IMG/VR virus record: IMGVR_UViG_3300021197_001489 | Span: 186,001 to 250,000 of that record | Reading direction: 5' to 3' (one strand) | Length of the DNA: 64,000 nucleotides | Part shown: positions 28,295 through 37,858 of the stretch, piece after piece | Position numbering within the stretch: the stretch's first letter is position 1 | Layout of the letters: every line of letters starts with the position of its first letter | Notes under the pieces: model-generated | The model's database searches: none | Told to the model about the DNA's origin: nothing | The model's input: the letters and a program-made list of their open reading frames with translations, nothing else | Made by a program: the position numbers and the translations under genes

Positions 28295-29455
28295 ATGCCA
28301 TACTGTCATTCCCCATGGACAAACTTAGATATTGACCCCCAAGGCTATATGTCGCCTTGCTGTAAATTTGACTACAGTAAATATGATGATAGTCCTCTCA
28401 ATATCAAGGACAACAGCATCAATGACTATCTTAACAGCAATGTTGTGCTACAAGCCAAGGAAGATTTTGAAAACAATCGCTGGCCTGCTGGCTGCATACG
28501 CTGTAAAATAGAAGAAGAAAGCAATGTGCAAAGCAAGCGCCAACTGGATTATGAACGCTGGCAAGACCAATATAACAATTATGCAAAAGAGCAGAAACTT
28601 ATTACTGCGAGTATTGCTTTTGGTAACACTTGTAATTTAAAATGCATTACATGCGGCCCAGGTTCAAGCAGTAAGTGGTACAACGAGTCACAAGCAATAA
28701 ACAAAAAAACTCCAGAAGTAAAGCATTTTTATGCCAATAACAAAGCAAATCATTTTTATAAACAAAACTTTGTAGAAAACTTTTTAGCACAGACACCTAA
28801 TTTAAGTCATCTTGACATACCAGGTGGGGAACCGTTCTTGAGCGGTGTAAAGCAACAAAAAGATCTATTAGGCTGGTATATAAAAAACAATCAGGCAAAA
28901 GACATTAGTATTCATTACACAACCAATGCACAGTTATATCCAGATGATGAATGGTGGAATCTATGGCAGCATTTCAAAGAAATTGACATACAACTTAGTA
29001 TTGACGGTATTGATGCAAGGTACGAATATATCAGATTTCCTGGAAACTGGAATAAATTTATTGAAAACTGTAAACAATTCCAAACAGCCGAAAAGTCAAA
29101 TAAAAATATCAGGCTTAGTTTAAGTCATACGTTAAGTGCCTATAATATTTACTATCTTGATGAATTCTTTACATGGTGTGAATCTATGCATTTGCCAAGA
29201 CCGTGGGTTGGCAGGGTTCAAAACCCTCCGCACATGAGGGTTAGTGTTTTTCCAACTGATATAAAGAATCTGATTGTTAGCCACTTGTCTACTTCTCAAT
29301 TCGATGACGTAAAAACTTGGGCAAAACATCTCAATGAGACTGATGATAGTACATATTACAAAGACTTTCTCACACGTTTAGAAGCACATGATGAATATCG
29401 TAGTATCTCTTTTCAAAATACGTTTCCTGAATTAGCCAAAATACTTGCTAATTAA
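28295..29455 (+). CDS. Radical SAM protein with twitch/SPASM-like N-terminal domain
   Basis: YCHSPW..PCC..C.RC; CNLKCITC; GGEPF; YTTN; SIDG..EYIR; TAAGTA-N5-ATG. Confidence 0.87.
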   Translation: MPYCHSPWTNLDIDPQGYMSPCCKFDYSKYDDSPLNIKDNSINDYLNSNVVLQAKEDFENNRWPAGCIRCKIEEESNVQSKRQLDYERWQDQYNNYAKEQKLITASIAFGNTCNLKCITCGPGSSSKWYNESQAINKKTPEVKHFYANNKANHFYKQNFVENFLAQTPNLSHLDIPGGEPFLSGVKQQKDLLGWYIKNNQAKDISIHYTTNAQLYPDDEWWNLWQHFKEIDIQLSIDGIDARYEYIRFPGNWNKFIENCKQFQTAEKSNKNIRLSLSHTLSAYNIYYLDEFFTWCESMHLPRPWVGRVQNPPHMRVSVFPTDIKNLIVSHLSTSQFDDVKTWAKHLNETDDSTYYKDFLTRLEAHDEYRSISFQNTFPELAKILAN

Positions 29456-29456
29456 G

Positions 29457-30206
29457 ATGATACATGTAACTTGGCAACCAGGATGTTATGGTAATTATGT
29501 CATGCAATCGATATATGCATACAGTAATCTTAGCAACGGTACTGATATACATATCGAATCCACTGGTAGTAGTCATGGATTTAATATTCGGAACAAATTT
29601 TTTATATACGATCATAGTTGCAGTCCAACAGCAGATGTAATTATTTCAGCAAATTGTAGACATCAACTTGACTACGCAAATAACCAACTTGTGAAATTTT
29701 TTTACAATGATATTCACAACTATGTGGAAAGGTCCTTTCCTAATTATTCAATGGACTCTAATGGACTCTGGCCACACGGTAGTAGATGGGCAACGCGAGA
29801 ATGGATTAGTTTTTGGTTAGTAGATGCATTGGAAAATGCATACGGCACTATAGAAGGTCACTTTGATACTGTCGACTTATTTGATGACAATGTTTTTCCT
29901 GCATTAATTAACCGTTTGGGCTTGACTATGGCCGTTGATAATGCTACAATGAAACTCAATCAAGCAAGATGGGTTGAACAACAACGTTTCCATAATTCGC
30001 AACAACGGTGTGAACTATGGATACAGGACATTAGATATCAGTTATCTTCAGACTCACCTTGCCAAACTTTATTAGATGAAGCATATGTACAACATCGTTT
30101 AAGACAACAAGGATATGAAATACGCTGTGATGGACTTGATGTTTTTCCGACAAACAGTAGAGATTTACGAGAATTAATTTATGAGAACAGCCACACTAAT
30201 AATTAA
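29457..30206 (+). CDS. Hypothetical protein, possibly sulfotransferase-like; paralog of 4491-5366
   Basis: WQPGCYG; C-terminal EAYVQHRLRQQGYEIRCDGLDVFPT. Confidence 0.55.
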   Translation: MIHVTWQPGCYGNYVMQSIYAYSNLSNGTDIHIESTGSSHGFNIRNKFFIYDHSCSPTADVIISANCRHQLDYANNQLVKFFYNDIHNYVERSFPNYSMDSNGLWPHGSRWATREWISFWLVDALENAYGTIEGHFDTVDLFDDNVFPALINRLGLTMAVDNATMKLNQARWVEQQRFHNSQQRCELWIQDIRYQLSSDSPCQTLLDEAYVQHRLRQQGYEIRCDGLDVFPTNSRDLRELIYENSHTNN

Positions 30207-31644
30207 TGATGAGGTAAACCTAAAAGTATCAGGCTTAGAACTTGATGTTCGCAAAAAGCTGGTCAATACATTTAAGTATGATGTTCCACATGCACGTTAC
30301 TTGCCAGCAGTTCGTCTTGGCCGCTGGGATGGCAAAGTTGCATACTTTCAGATGGGCGGCAGCACATATTTAAACTTGCTTCCTAACATTATTCCTATCC
30401 TGGAAGACTTTAACTATGACATTGAAGTAGAAGACAACAGAGACTATCAAACTGTGTTCAAGTTTGAGCCTATTACTGAAGATTCATACAGCGATATACT
30501 TTGGCCAAAGAACCACCCAGCTGCTGGGCAACCAGTTATGTTGCGTGATTATCAAGTTGAGATTATAAACAGCTTTTTGGAAAACCCACAGTGCATACAG
30601 GAAATTGCAACTGGCGCAGGCAAAACTATCATGACTGCGGCATTAAGTGAGCGTGTGGAAAACTATGGTCGTTCAATTGTTATTGTGCCAAACAAAAGTC
30701 TAGTGACACAAACTGAAGCAGACTATGCAAACATGCAACTGGATGTTGGTGTGTTCTATGGTGACAGAAAAGAGTTTGGGCACAAGCACACTATTTGCAC
30801 TTGGCAAAGTCTAAATGTGCTGTTAAAGAATACTAAAAATCAAACTGTAGATATTACTATACATGAATTTTTAGAAGACGTTGTATGTGTAATGGTAGAC
30901 GAAGTACATATGGCCAAAGCAGATGCACTCAAAACACTGCTAACAGGTGTAATGAGCAAGATACCCATGCGTTGGGGATTGACAGGCACAATACCCAAAG
31001 AGCCATTTGAGTTTCAAGCACTGCATTGCAGTTTAGGTCCTGTTATCAATCAACTTGCAGCCAGTGAATTGCAAGACAAAGGTGTGCTTGCAAACTGTCA
31101 TGTAAATGTTGTGCAGTTGATTGATCACGCCGAATTTTCAAACTATCAAAGCGAATTAAAATATCTTTTTGAAGAAAAAGGCAGACTTGATACAATTGCA
31201 GGCTTGGTTGCAGAAGTAAATAAAACTGGTAATACACTTGTGCTGGTAGACAGAATATCAGCAGGACAAGAACTGTTAAGCAGACTGGGCGATGATGCTG
31301 TGTTTGTAAGCGGCAGTACCAAAGCAAAAGCAAGGCAGGATGAATATGATGAAGTGGCTACTGCGACGGGTAAAATCATTGTTGCAACATACGGTGTCGC
31401 TGCCGTTGGCATTAATCTACCACGTATTTTTAATCTTGTATTACTGGAGCCAGGTAAAAGTTTTGTACGGGTTATACAAAGTATTGGTCGCGGTATTCGG
31501 AAAGCGGAAGACAAAGACCACGTCCAAATCTGGGACATAACAAGCACCTGTAGATTTGCCAAGCGGCATTTAACAAAACGCAAAGCATTTTATCGAGAAG
31601 CAAACTATCCATTTACTGTAGAAAAGTTGGATTGGAATGGGTGA
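30181..31644 (+). CDS. uvsW: SF2 DNA helicase UvsW
   Basis: WDGK, LRDYQ, ATGAGKT, DEVH, GLTGT, QSIGRGIR. Confidence 0.92.
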   Translation: MRTATLIINDEVNLKVSGLELDVRKKLVNTFKYDVPHARYLPAVRLGRWDGKVAYFQMGGSTYLNLLPNIIPILEDFNYDIEVEDNRDYQTVFKFEPITEDSYSDILWPKNHPAAGQPVMLRDYQVEIINSFLENPQCIQEIATGAGKTIMTAALSERVENYGRSIVIVPNKSLVTQTEADYANMQLDVGVFYGDRKEFGHKHTICTWQSLNVLLKNTKNQTVDITIHEFLEDVVCVMVDEVHMAKADALKTLLTGVMSKIPMRWGLTGTIPKEPFEFQALHCSLGPVINQLAASELQDKGVLANCHVNVVQLIDHAEFSNYQSELKYLFEEKGRLDTIAGLVAEVNKTGNTLVLVDRISAGQELLSRLGDDAVFVSGSTKAKARQDEYDEVATATGKIIVATYGVAAVGINLPRIFNLVLLEPGKSFVRVIQSIGRGIRKAEDKDHVQIWDITSTCRFAKRHLTKRKAFYREANYPFTVEKLDWNG

Positions 31645-32221
31645 TTGTTACAAACAGGTAAAGAACTATGTAAACAACAGTCACAGTGGAATTGTATTAG
31701 AAATAGGCAGTGATCGCTACGAAGGTTCCAGTGCATACTTTGCTGAAATTGCCGAACAGTTAGGCACACAGTTTATTACACTGGACTTGGATGAAAATAT
31801 GCCACGCAGATTGGCACAGTGCATCCCGGCTCATCTAAAACCCATTACAGAATTTATCCATTGTGATGGAACAGAGTGGACAAAGACTTGCAAACACCAA
31901 ATTAGCGTGTTATATTTAGATAACTTCGATTGGGACTGGGAAGTTGGTACCCAAGACAAAATGATTAAAGACCAACGTGCTTGGTATCAAGAACGCGGAA
32001 TTGAAATGAATAATGTTAACTGTCAAGTTGCACATTTAACACAGATGCAAAATTTATTACCGCATATGACTGACAATTGTGTTGTATGCTTAGACGACAC
32101 CTACTTACACAACGGCGTGTATATAGGCAAAGGAGGGGCTGTTGTACCATACTTATTGGTCAATGGATTTGAAATTTTACTAACTCAAGACTACGGAGTT
32201 ATTATGGGTAGGACTACATGA
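31637..32221 (+). CDS. Class I methyltransferase-like protein
   Basis: VLEIGS, VLYLD, CLDDT, GKG..VPYL. Confidence 0.7.
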   Translation: MGDCYKQVKNYVNNSHSGIVLEIGSDRYEGSSAYFAEIAEQLGTQFITLDLDENMPRRLAQCIPAHLKPITEFIHCDGTEWTKTCKHQISVLYLDNFDWDWEVGTQDKMIKDQRAWYQERGIEMNNVNCQVAHLTQMQNLLPHMTDNCVVCLDDTYLHNGVYIGKGGAVVPYLLVNGFEILLTQDYGVIMGRTT

Positions 32222-32718
32222 GAATATTAACACTGGACAACACTGTATTTGATTTGGATACACTGCCAGAAGAAATTGATGATTTGCGTTTTGCAATTTT
32301 TGATAACAGTGATCCTAACAATCCAGATCACATGTACATTCCTTTAATCTTCTTGGAAACATTCAATAGCCCAGCATTGGTTTTAAAGATTGGCGACAAC
32401 ATTATGAAGATGCCAATTGATTGGCAAGTGCTAATTGGAGAAGAAGAAGTTGGCGATCTTGAAATGCTAGCAATGACCAGTATCAATGACAGAGGATTTA
32501 AAACTTTTGAATTTAATCCGCTAACCAGCTTCTCTCCAACATACATGCCCATTGAGATTATTGACGTATACCAAGACGTTACTTGGTATGTGCCTAAACT
32601 GAAAAATGGGCAGATGTTAGCTGTACCAGTCGAAGACAAAGATAATCCACGTTGTGTGTACTTTGTTAAAGACATCAGTCGCAACTGCGAAGTGGTAGAT
32701 TACAACAAAGCATGGTAG
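32218..32718 (+). CDS. Conserved hypothetical protein of the replication module
   Basis: ATGA coupling; position between uvsW and clamp-loader subunit. Confidence 0.7.
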   Translation: MRILTLDNTVFDLDTLPEEIDDLRFAIFDNSDPNNPDHMYIPLIFLETFNSPALVLKIGDNIMKMPIDWQVLIGEEEVGDLEMLAMTSINDRGFKTFEFNPLTSFSPTYMPIEIIDVYQDVTWYVPKLKNGQMLAVPVEDKDNPRCVYFVKDISRNCEVVDYNKAW

Positions 32719-32722
32719 GGTC

Positions 32723-32953
32723 ATGGAATTTACAAAAGGAATATTTAACGTAATAAAAAACAAGAGCAACACCAGTGCAGTTTTAGCATTGATTTATACC
32801 TGTGGTCATGTTATAATAGCAATGAATGTTGTATATTGGATGACTGGCGCAAGCATATGGGAGGCTGGCGCAGTGGCACTGGTTGAGCCTTGCATAAACG
32901 GTTTTTGGTTTTATATATTGCATAGAATGTGGACAAAATACAGTGAGCGATAA
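32723..32953 (+). CDS. DUF2061-like small membrane protein
   Basis: ALIYTCGH...AGAVALVEP..N..WFY..HR.W. Confidence 0.65.
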   Translation: MEFTKGIFNVIKNKSNTSAVLALIYTCGHVIIAMNVVYWMTGASIWEAGAVALVEPCINGFWFYILHRMWTKYSER

Positions 32954-33392
32954 ACTAAACATAGCAAACGAAATGCGCTGTTTTGACAGCAAGGATCGCA
33001 GTTTCTATGACAGCCTCACTGATGAGGAACGCAAGAAGTTTTCAAACTATCTCATGGTACGTTGGGGCAGTGCAGTACAAGGTCCTAGTGAACTGCAAGA
33101 ATACTATTTGGTTGCCTGCAATGAAAGATTGAACAAATATTTCTTTGACATCAACCGGCATCCCAAGTTACAATGGTTATGTGCTACAAGTGTTAGTCCC
33201 GGAATGGGCAATCACAGGCACCAATGGATTGCACCAAAGAAGAAAGAAAAAGGCAACAACGAAGGCAAGAAAATGCTTATGGAACTGTATCCTGCAATGA
33301 AAGCAGACGAGATAGAACTGTTAAGCAAGCTCATGACAAACAAAGAACTAAAGGAATACATGCGTGACAGCGGAGTTGCAGACAAAAAGTGA
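32943..33392 (+). CDS. Putative clamp-loader small subunit (T4 gp62-like)
   Basis: F..YLMVRW, N..., HP.LQW, HQWI..KK; replication context. Confidence 0.55.
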   Translation: MSDKLNIANEMRCFDSKDRSFYDSLTDEERKKFSNYLMVRWGSAVQGPSELQEYYLVACNERLNKYFFDINRHPKLQWLCATSVSPGMGNHRHQWIAPKKKEKGNNEGKKMLMELYPAMKADEIELLSKLMTNKELKEYMRDSGVADKK

Positions 33393-33393
33393 A

Positions 33394-34065
33394 ATGTATG
33401 CATGCAAGTATTGCGGACGCGAGTTTAGACGCGAAAGCACACTGGCAGTTCATGTTTGCGAACAAAAGAAACGTTTCCAAGAAGAAAAAGAAGTAGGCGT
33501 GCAAATTGGTTTGCAGGCTTATCTGCGCTTCTATACTGTAACACAAGGCAGTGCTAAACTGAAAACATACAATGACTTTGCAAAATCACCGTACTACAAA
33601 GCGTTTGTAAAGTTTGGCAGGTACACTGTAGACATTAACGCTATCAATGTGCCAAAGTTTTTAGATTGGCTGCTTAAACACAACAAGAAAATTGATCACT
33701 GGGCCAGAGACAGTGTGTATGACGAATACTTGTTGCACTACATCAAAATTGAAGCACTACAAGATGCACTTGAAAGAGGAATCCAACATTCAATAAAGTG
33801 GAGCGAAGACACAGGAAATCCAGCACATGACTTCCTACGCTATGGAAATGAAAACAGGATTGCATTTGCTATAAGTACTGGGCGTATCAGCCCGTGGTTA
33901 TTGTTTAACAGTGAATCAGGACAGGCATATTTGGCTAACATGAATCCAGATCAAACAAAAATAGTTATGCCCTGGATTGATCCAGATTTTTGGACTAAAA
34001 AGTTTAGAGACTATCCAGCAGACCAAGTCTACTGCGAAGAAATACTAAAACAGGCAGGATGGTAA
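33394..34065 (+). CDS. Conserved protein with N-terminal C2H2/C2HC zinc finger
   Basis: CKYCGREF....L..HVC; GRISPW. Confidence 0.7.
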   Translation: MYACKYCGREFRRESTLAVHVCEQKKRFQEEKEVGVQIGLQAYLRFYTVTQGSAKLKTYNDFAKSPYYKAFVKFGRYTVDINAINVPKFLDWLLKHNKKIDHWARDSVYDEYLLHYIKIEALQDALERGIQHSIKWSEDTGNPAHDFLRYGNENRIAFAISTGRISPWLLFNSESGQAYLANMNPDQTKIVMPWIDPDFWTKKFRDYPADQVYCEEILKQAGW

Positions 34066-34066
34066 A

Positions 34067-34909
34067 ATGGAACAACATGGTAATGGTAATATCCGAACAA
34101 ATTTATTACTCAATGATTTCTTAAAATATAATGAACACATGATAAAAAACAAAACAGTGTTAGATTTAGCATGTCACGATGGTGTATCCACTGGTAACAT
34201 AAAAAACCTTGGCTCCAAATACATATATGGAGTTGAAGCAAGAAAAGAATTAATCGACACTGCAAAAAATAATGTTCAGGAAAATGTTGAATTTTTTGTT
34301 GGCGATATACAGGACGACAGCTTAATAAGTCCATTGGTTAAAAAAAGTGATACTGTCATAGTACTGGGTGCATTGTATCATTTGTATAATCATTTTGGGT
34401 TTTTTTCTTTAATATTAAAACCTAATATCGAACATGTATTAATTGAAACTATTGCTGGACCAGAAACGTTAAATCCAGAAATGTTTTGGGGATTTGAAAA
34501 AGTAGATTCAAGCAAGATGGGATGGCACGATACAGCTAATGTTATTCCAAATGGTACTCCAAATTTGTCTTGGATTTTACAGGCCGCCAAGGCATTTGGA
34601 TTTGATTGTGATTGGGTAAAATACTACGGATTTTTACGTCCAAAAACTAGATACACTGTAACATTAAGCGAGTATACAAGTATTAAAGACGAAAGTTGGC
34701 CAGACTATGCAGATTTTCTTACCAGAGATAGGTTACCAGATAATATTCTAAATGATATATCCACCTTGTTAGGAGACAACACCGATTCAGGATCATCTAA
34801 AAGGGTTTTAATACGATTGTACAATAAAAATTTAGTGAAGTCTACTCCGATAGATATAGAAAAACATTATGTTTGGGATCCGTCTGTTGACAAACAAGGA
34901 GATTTATAG
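34067..34909 (+). CDS. Class I SAM methyltransferase with C-terminal Y..IKD.SWPD module
   Basis: VLDLACHDG, GVEAR, LGALYHL, LIET. Confidence 0.8.
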   Translation: MEQHGNGNIRTNLLLNDFLKYNEHMIKNKTVLDLACHDGVSTGNIKNLGSKYIYGVEARKELIDTAKNNVQENVEFFVGDIQDDSLISPLVKKSDTVIVLGALYHLYNHFGFFSLILKPNIEHVLIETIAGPETLNPEMFWGFEKVDSSKMGWHDTANVIPNGTPNLSWILQAAKAFGFDCDWVKYYGFLRPKTRYTVTLSEYTSIKDESWPDYADFLTRDRLPDNILNDISTLLGDNTDSGSSKRVLIRLYNKNLVKSTPIDIEKHYVWDPSVDKQGDL

Positions 34910-34915
34910 TATAAT
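34887..34915 (+). promoter_or_regulatory. Consensus sigma70 promoter
   Basis: TTGACA 34887-92, 17 nt, TATAAT 34910-15. Confidence 0.85.
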
Positions 34916-34961
34916 GTTTCACACAGATAGAATTACAATTTACATTCCAAAGGAGAAAAAA

Positions 34962-35186
34962 ATGGGATTGACAAGACCTAAAGTATCACAAGTTGAAAAA
35001 AAGCCCAAAAGCCAAGATGGACATTTTTGGGTAAGCATGGTAAAGAGTGTACTGCGACTGATTGGATGCTATGCACTGTGGACTGCCGCAACCGTAATTG
35101 GTGGTGTAGTAGCCGTTCCGCTAGTACTAGCAGCAGGGTTGTTTGCAGCCGCCGAAGTGCTAGGCATTGTTGAAGAATTGGTATGA
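34962..35186 (+). CDS. Small membrane protein
   Basis: AAGGAG RBS; two hydrophobic segments; AEVLGIVEELV end. Confidence 0.7.
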   Translation: MGLTRPKVSQVEKKPKSQDGHFWVSMVKSVLRLIGCYALWTAATVIGGVVAVPLVLAAGLFAAAEVLGIVEELV

Positions 35187-35743
35187 GTGCTGACGTAGAC
35201 ATTGACTTTGCTGACAGACAGCAAATAATTGACTTGATTCGGTGTACACCTGCACGACAAAATGCAGATGGCCGCAAGCATAACAGTGGTGTCTACGTTA
35301 CTCCAATTCCACGAGATGCACAACATGATTGTGCTAGCATAACATACGAAGAAGCAGAAGATCGAGGATACTTCAAACTGGACTTGCTCAATATGAGTGT
35401 GTACAGTTTGATTCGTAACCAAGCACACTATGACAGTTTGCTAGCACAAGAACCACAGTGGCAGCTGATGTGGGAGCAACCAGGAATTGTTGAACAATTG
35501 GTACATGTGGGCAACTATGCACAACTGCTAAAAGAAATGCAACCAGACAGCATACAACGTATGGCTGCATTTATATCAATTATTCGTCCAGGAAAAGCAC
35601 ATCTAAAGAACAAGCCCTGGGACGAAGTGTTTGCCAGTGTGTGGGATGGTGATAGCACAGATGGATTTGTGTTTAAGAAAAGTCATGCAATTAGCTATGC
35701 AACGCTAGTAGCATTGCATCTCAACTTATTAACGGAAATATAA
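35183..35743 (+). CDS. Miniature family-C (DnaE-like) DNA polymerase core, 186 aa
   Basis: DVDIDF, KHNSGVY, GYFKLDLL, IIRPG, FKKSHAISY. Confidence 0.8.
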   Translation: MSADVDIDFADRQQIIDLIRCTPARQNADGRKHNSGVYVTPIPRDAQHDCASITYEEAEDRGYFKLDLLNMSVYSLIRNQAHYDSLLAQEPQWQLMWEQPGIVEQLVHVGNYAQLLKEMQPDSIQRMAAFISIIRPGKAHLKNKPWDEVFASVWDGDSTDGFVFKKSHAISYATLVALHLNLLTEI

Positions 35744-35746
35744 TTA

Positions 35747-36475
35747 ATGGCTATTCTTTACAGTAACGGTTGTAGTTTTACTGCTAACTTTGATGTTGAC
35801 CGCAGTATGCGATATCCAACACTAATTGGCAAACACTTTGTCTGGGAAGTGATTGATCATGCACTGCCTCAAAGTTGCAATAGCAAGATCATTAGGTGCA
35901 CAATACGTGATTGTTTGCAACTGCTGGACCGGAATGAAAAGATCACAGCATTAATACAATTAACGTTTCTTGAAAGATTTGAATATGCAGGCGACCCTAA
36001 TGGGGCAAACCAGTGGCAATACAGTAATGGTACAATAAGGGACGAGTTTGAAGTAATTAAATCTAACGATGACGCCAATTGGCCAAAAGAAATTAGAAAG
36101 TATGCTAACAGCATTTTTATGCATCAACGCTATAATGCATTATGTGCGCAACTATTTTCTAACTTAGTAGGATTGATTAGTTTCTTTAAGGCTAACAATA
36201 TCAAATACCGTATTTTTTCAGGACCTTCTCTTGTTAATGGTGTCAATCACAATGTGCCTATTAACCCGGTCAATAGCCGGGCTATTGAATGTAAAGACAC
36301 TATATTACAAGATGCGTTTTACCAGCATTGTATATCAAAAGATACTAATGTATTATCATTAATTGACTTTAACATGCTAAGTGTTGCAGACGCAAATGTG
36401 CCTGCACATCCAACACCCGAAGGCATGCAAAAAATAGCTGATTACTTTATTAATCTACTTTGCGAACAAGCGTAA
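35747..36475 (+). CDS. SGNH/GDSL hydrolase-like protein
   Basis: NGCSFT, CN..IIR, IQLT..ER, HPT..G...IA. Confidence 0.65.
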   Translation: MAILYSNGCSFTANFDVDRSMRYPTLIGKHFVWEVIDHALPQSCNSKIIRCTIRDCLQLLDRNEKITALIQLTFLERFEYAGDPNGANQWQYSNGTIRDEFEVIKSNDDANWPKEIRKYANSIFMHQRYNALCAQLFSNLVGLISFFKANNIKYRIFSGPSLVNGVNHNVPINPVNSRAIECKDTILQDAFYQHCISKDTNVLSLIDFNMLSVADANVPAHPTPEGMQKIADYFINLLCEQA

Positions 36476-36827
36476 TACTGCGTCGTTTAATTTTTTTGCG
36501 CGATAGTTCTGCTAAACTGGTAGCAGGTCCCAGAATGATATCCAAATCTTTATTGATAAACGTTTTAAGGAAGGGTCTGAACTGTTCCCAGTCTTGTTTG
36601 AGGAATATGTTGATAGGTATGCTTCTATTGCTTTCCCACCACCACTGATTTGCGTACTCCAAAAAGTCACGCTTTTGCTGGTCGTTGATAATGCCGCCAA
36701 AGTCATAGATTGTTGTGATTTGATCATCTCTGTTCTGAATCACACCCACGTACTCATTGCCTGCATAAGTGCAGAAAGTAATAAATGGGTATCGCTCAGC
36801 GATTTTTTCGAATAGCTCTACGCCCAT
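36450..36827 (-). CDS. Conserved hypothetical protein
   Basis: EYVGVIQN, WWWESNRSIPINIFL; clean ORF. Confidence 0.75.
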   Translation of the reverse strand: MGVELFEKIAERYPFITFCTYAGNEYVGVIQNRDDQITTIYDFGGIINDQQKRDFLEYANQWWWESNRSIPINIFLKQDWEQFRPFLKTFINKDLDIILGPATSLAELSRKKIKRRSITLVRKVD

Positions 36828-36854
36828 AAATACCTTGTAACCGGAGTTATATTA

Positions 36855-37850
36855 ATGTATTCTACCACCGTCTATTTATATCAGCAAAAGCAGCAGGTGC
36901 TATTACCTGACACGAGTGGTGCTTACTTTCAGAGGAGATGGCAACCAGTGTATGCTAAAAAACTTAAAGTAAACCGTGGTGTTGATAATGTCATATTGTT
37001 TGAATTTATCAACCAGGATCAAAAGCCTGTTAACATTTCAGGTAGTACAGTAACATTTAGAATGATGAGTACTGATGGCGATGAGTTGCTTATTGCAAAA
37101 GACTTAGTCACACTAAGCGCAGCCTACGGCAGAGCCAAAGTGACTCTTACAGTTGCAGAGCTTGACATAATTGAAGAGCAAACTGCAACCTGGAGTTTGG
37201 AACGTGCCAGTGGAGATTTGCATGAAGCAGTGTTCACAGATGCATACAGTGCTGGCAGAGGACAGGTTGATATCGTTGACAGTGTGTATCCAGACTATGT
37301 GGAAAGCACAATACTAGAACTACCAGAGCCAAACACATACGGCAACACTCCAGCAGAAAGCGCCGATAGAAATGTCACCAGCATAGCGTACACTGCCCAG
37401 AATACGTTAACCACCTTCCAACTTGATTTTGATAACTTCACTGGTAATGTCAAAGCACAAGGCAGCGACACACAACTTGGCCCATGGTACGATATTGGAT
37501 CACAAACAGTATACACAAATCAAGACACTCGTGCATTTATCAACGTCGACGGCAGACACAACTGGATGCGTCTTGAATACAATCAATACGGCTACAGTGT
37601 AGCGGCTGTTGCTAAAGTTTCTGGTGGTGCTGTAAGCTCAGTAACACTGAATGGCGGCGGAGTTGAGTTTTATGGCACAGGCAATCCGCGAGTCACGTTT
37701 GAAGGATTAGGCACTGGCGCCGCTGCAACAGCTACAGTGACAGGCAATGCAGTATCAACTTTAACACTGACAGCCAGCGGACAGGGCTATATAGAAGTAC
37801 CCACAGTTAAAGTGGATAATGGAGAAATTACACAGATTCTCTATAGATAG
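36855..37850 (+). CDS. Virion structural protein (Ig-like/baseplate-type N-terminus, G.GY..P.V repeats)
   Basis: TAAATA 36827-32 and GGAG RBS; RGVDN...NQDQKP; GTGAAATATV..GQGY. Confidence 0.6.
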   Translation: MYSTTVYLYQQKQQVLLPDTSGAYFQRRWQPVYAKKLKVNRGVDNVILFEFINQDQKPVNISGSTVTFRMMSTDGDELLIAKDLVTLSAAYGRAKVTLTVAELDIIEEQTATWSLERASGDLHEAVFTDAYSAGRGQVDIVDSVYPDYVESTILELPEPNTYGNTPAESADRNVTSIAYTAQNTLTTFQLDFDNFTGNVKAQGSDTQLGPWYDIGSQTVYTNQDTRAFINVDGRHNWMRLEYNQYGYSVAAVAKVSGGAVSSVTLNGGGVEFYGTGNPRVTFEGLGTGAAATATVTGNAVSTLTLTASGQGYIEVPTVKVDNGEITQILYR

Positions 37851-37858
37851 GAGGACGA

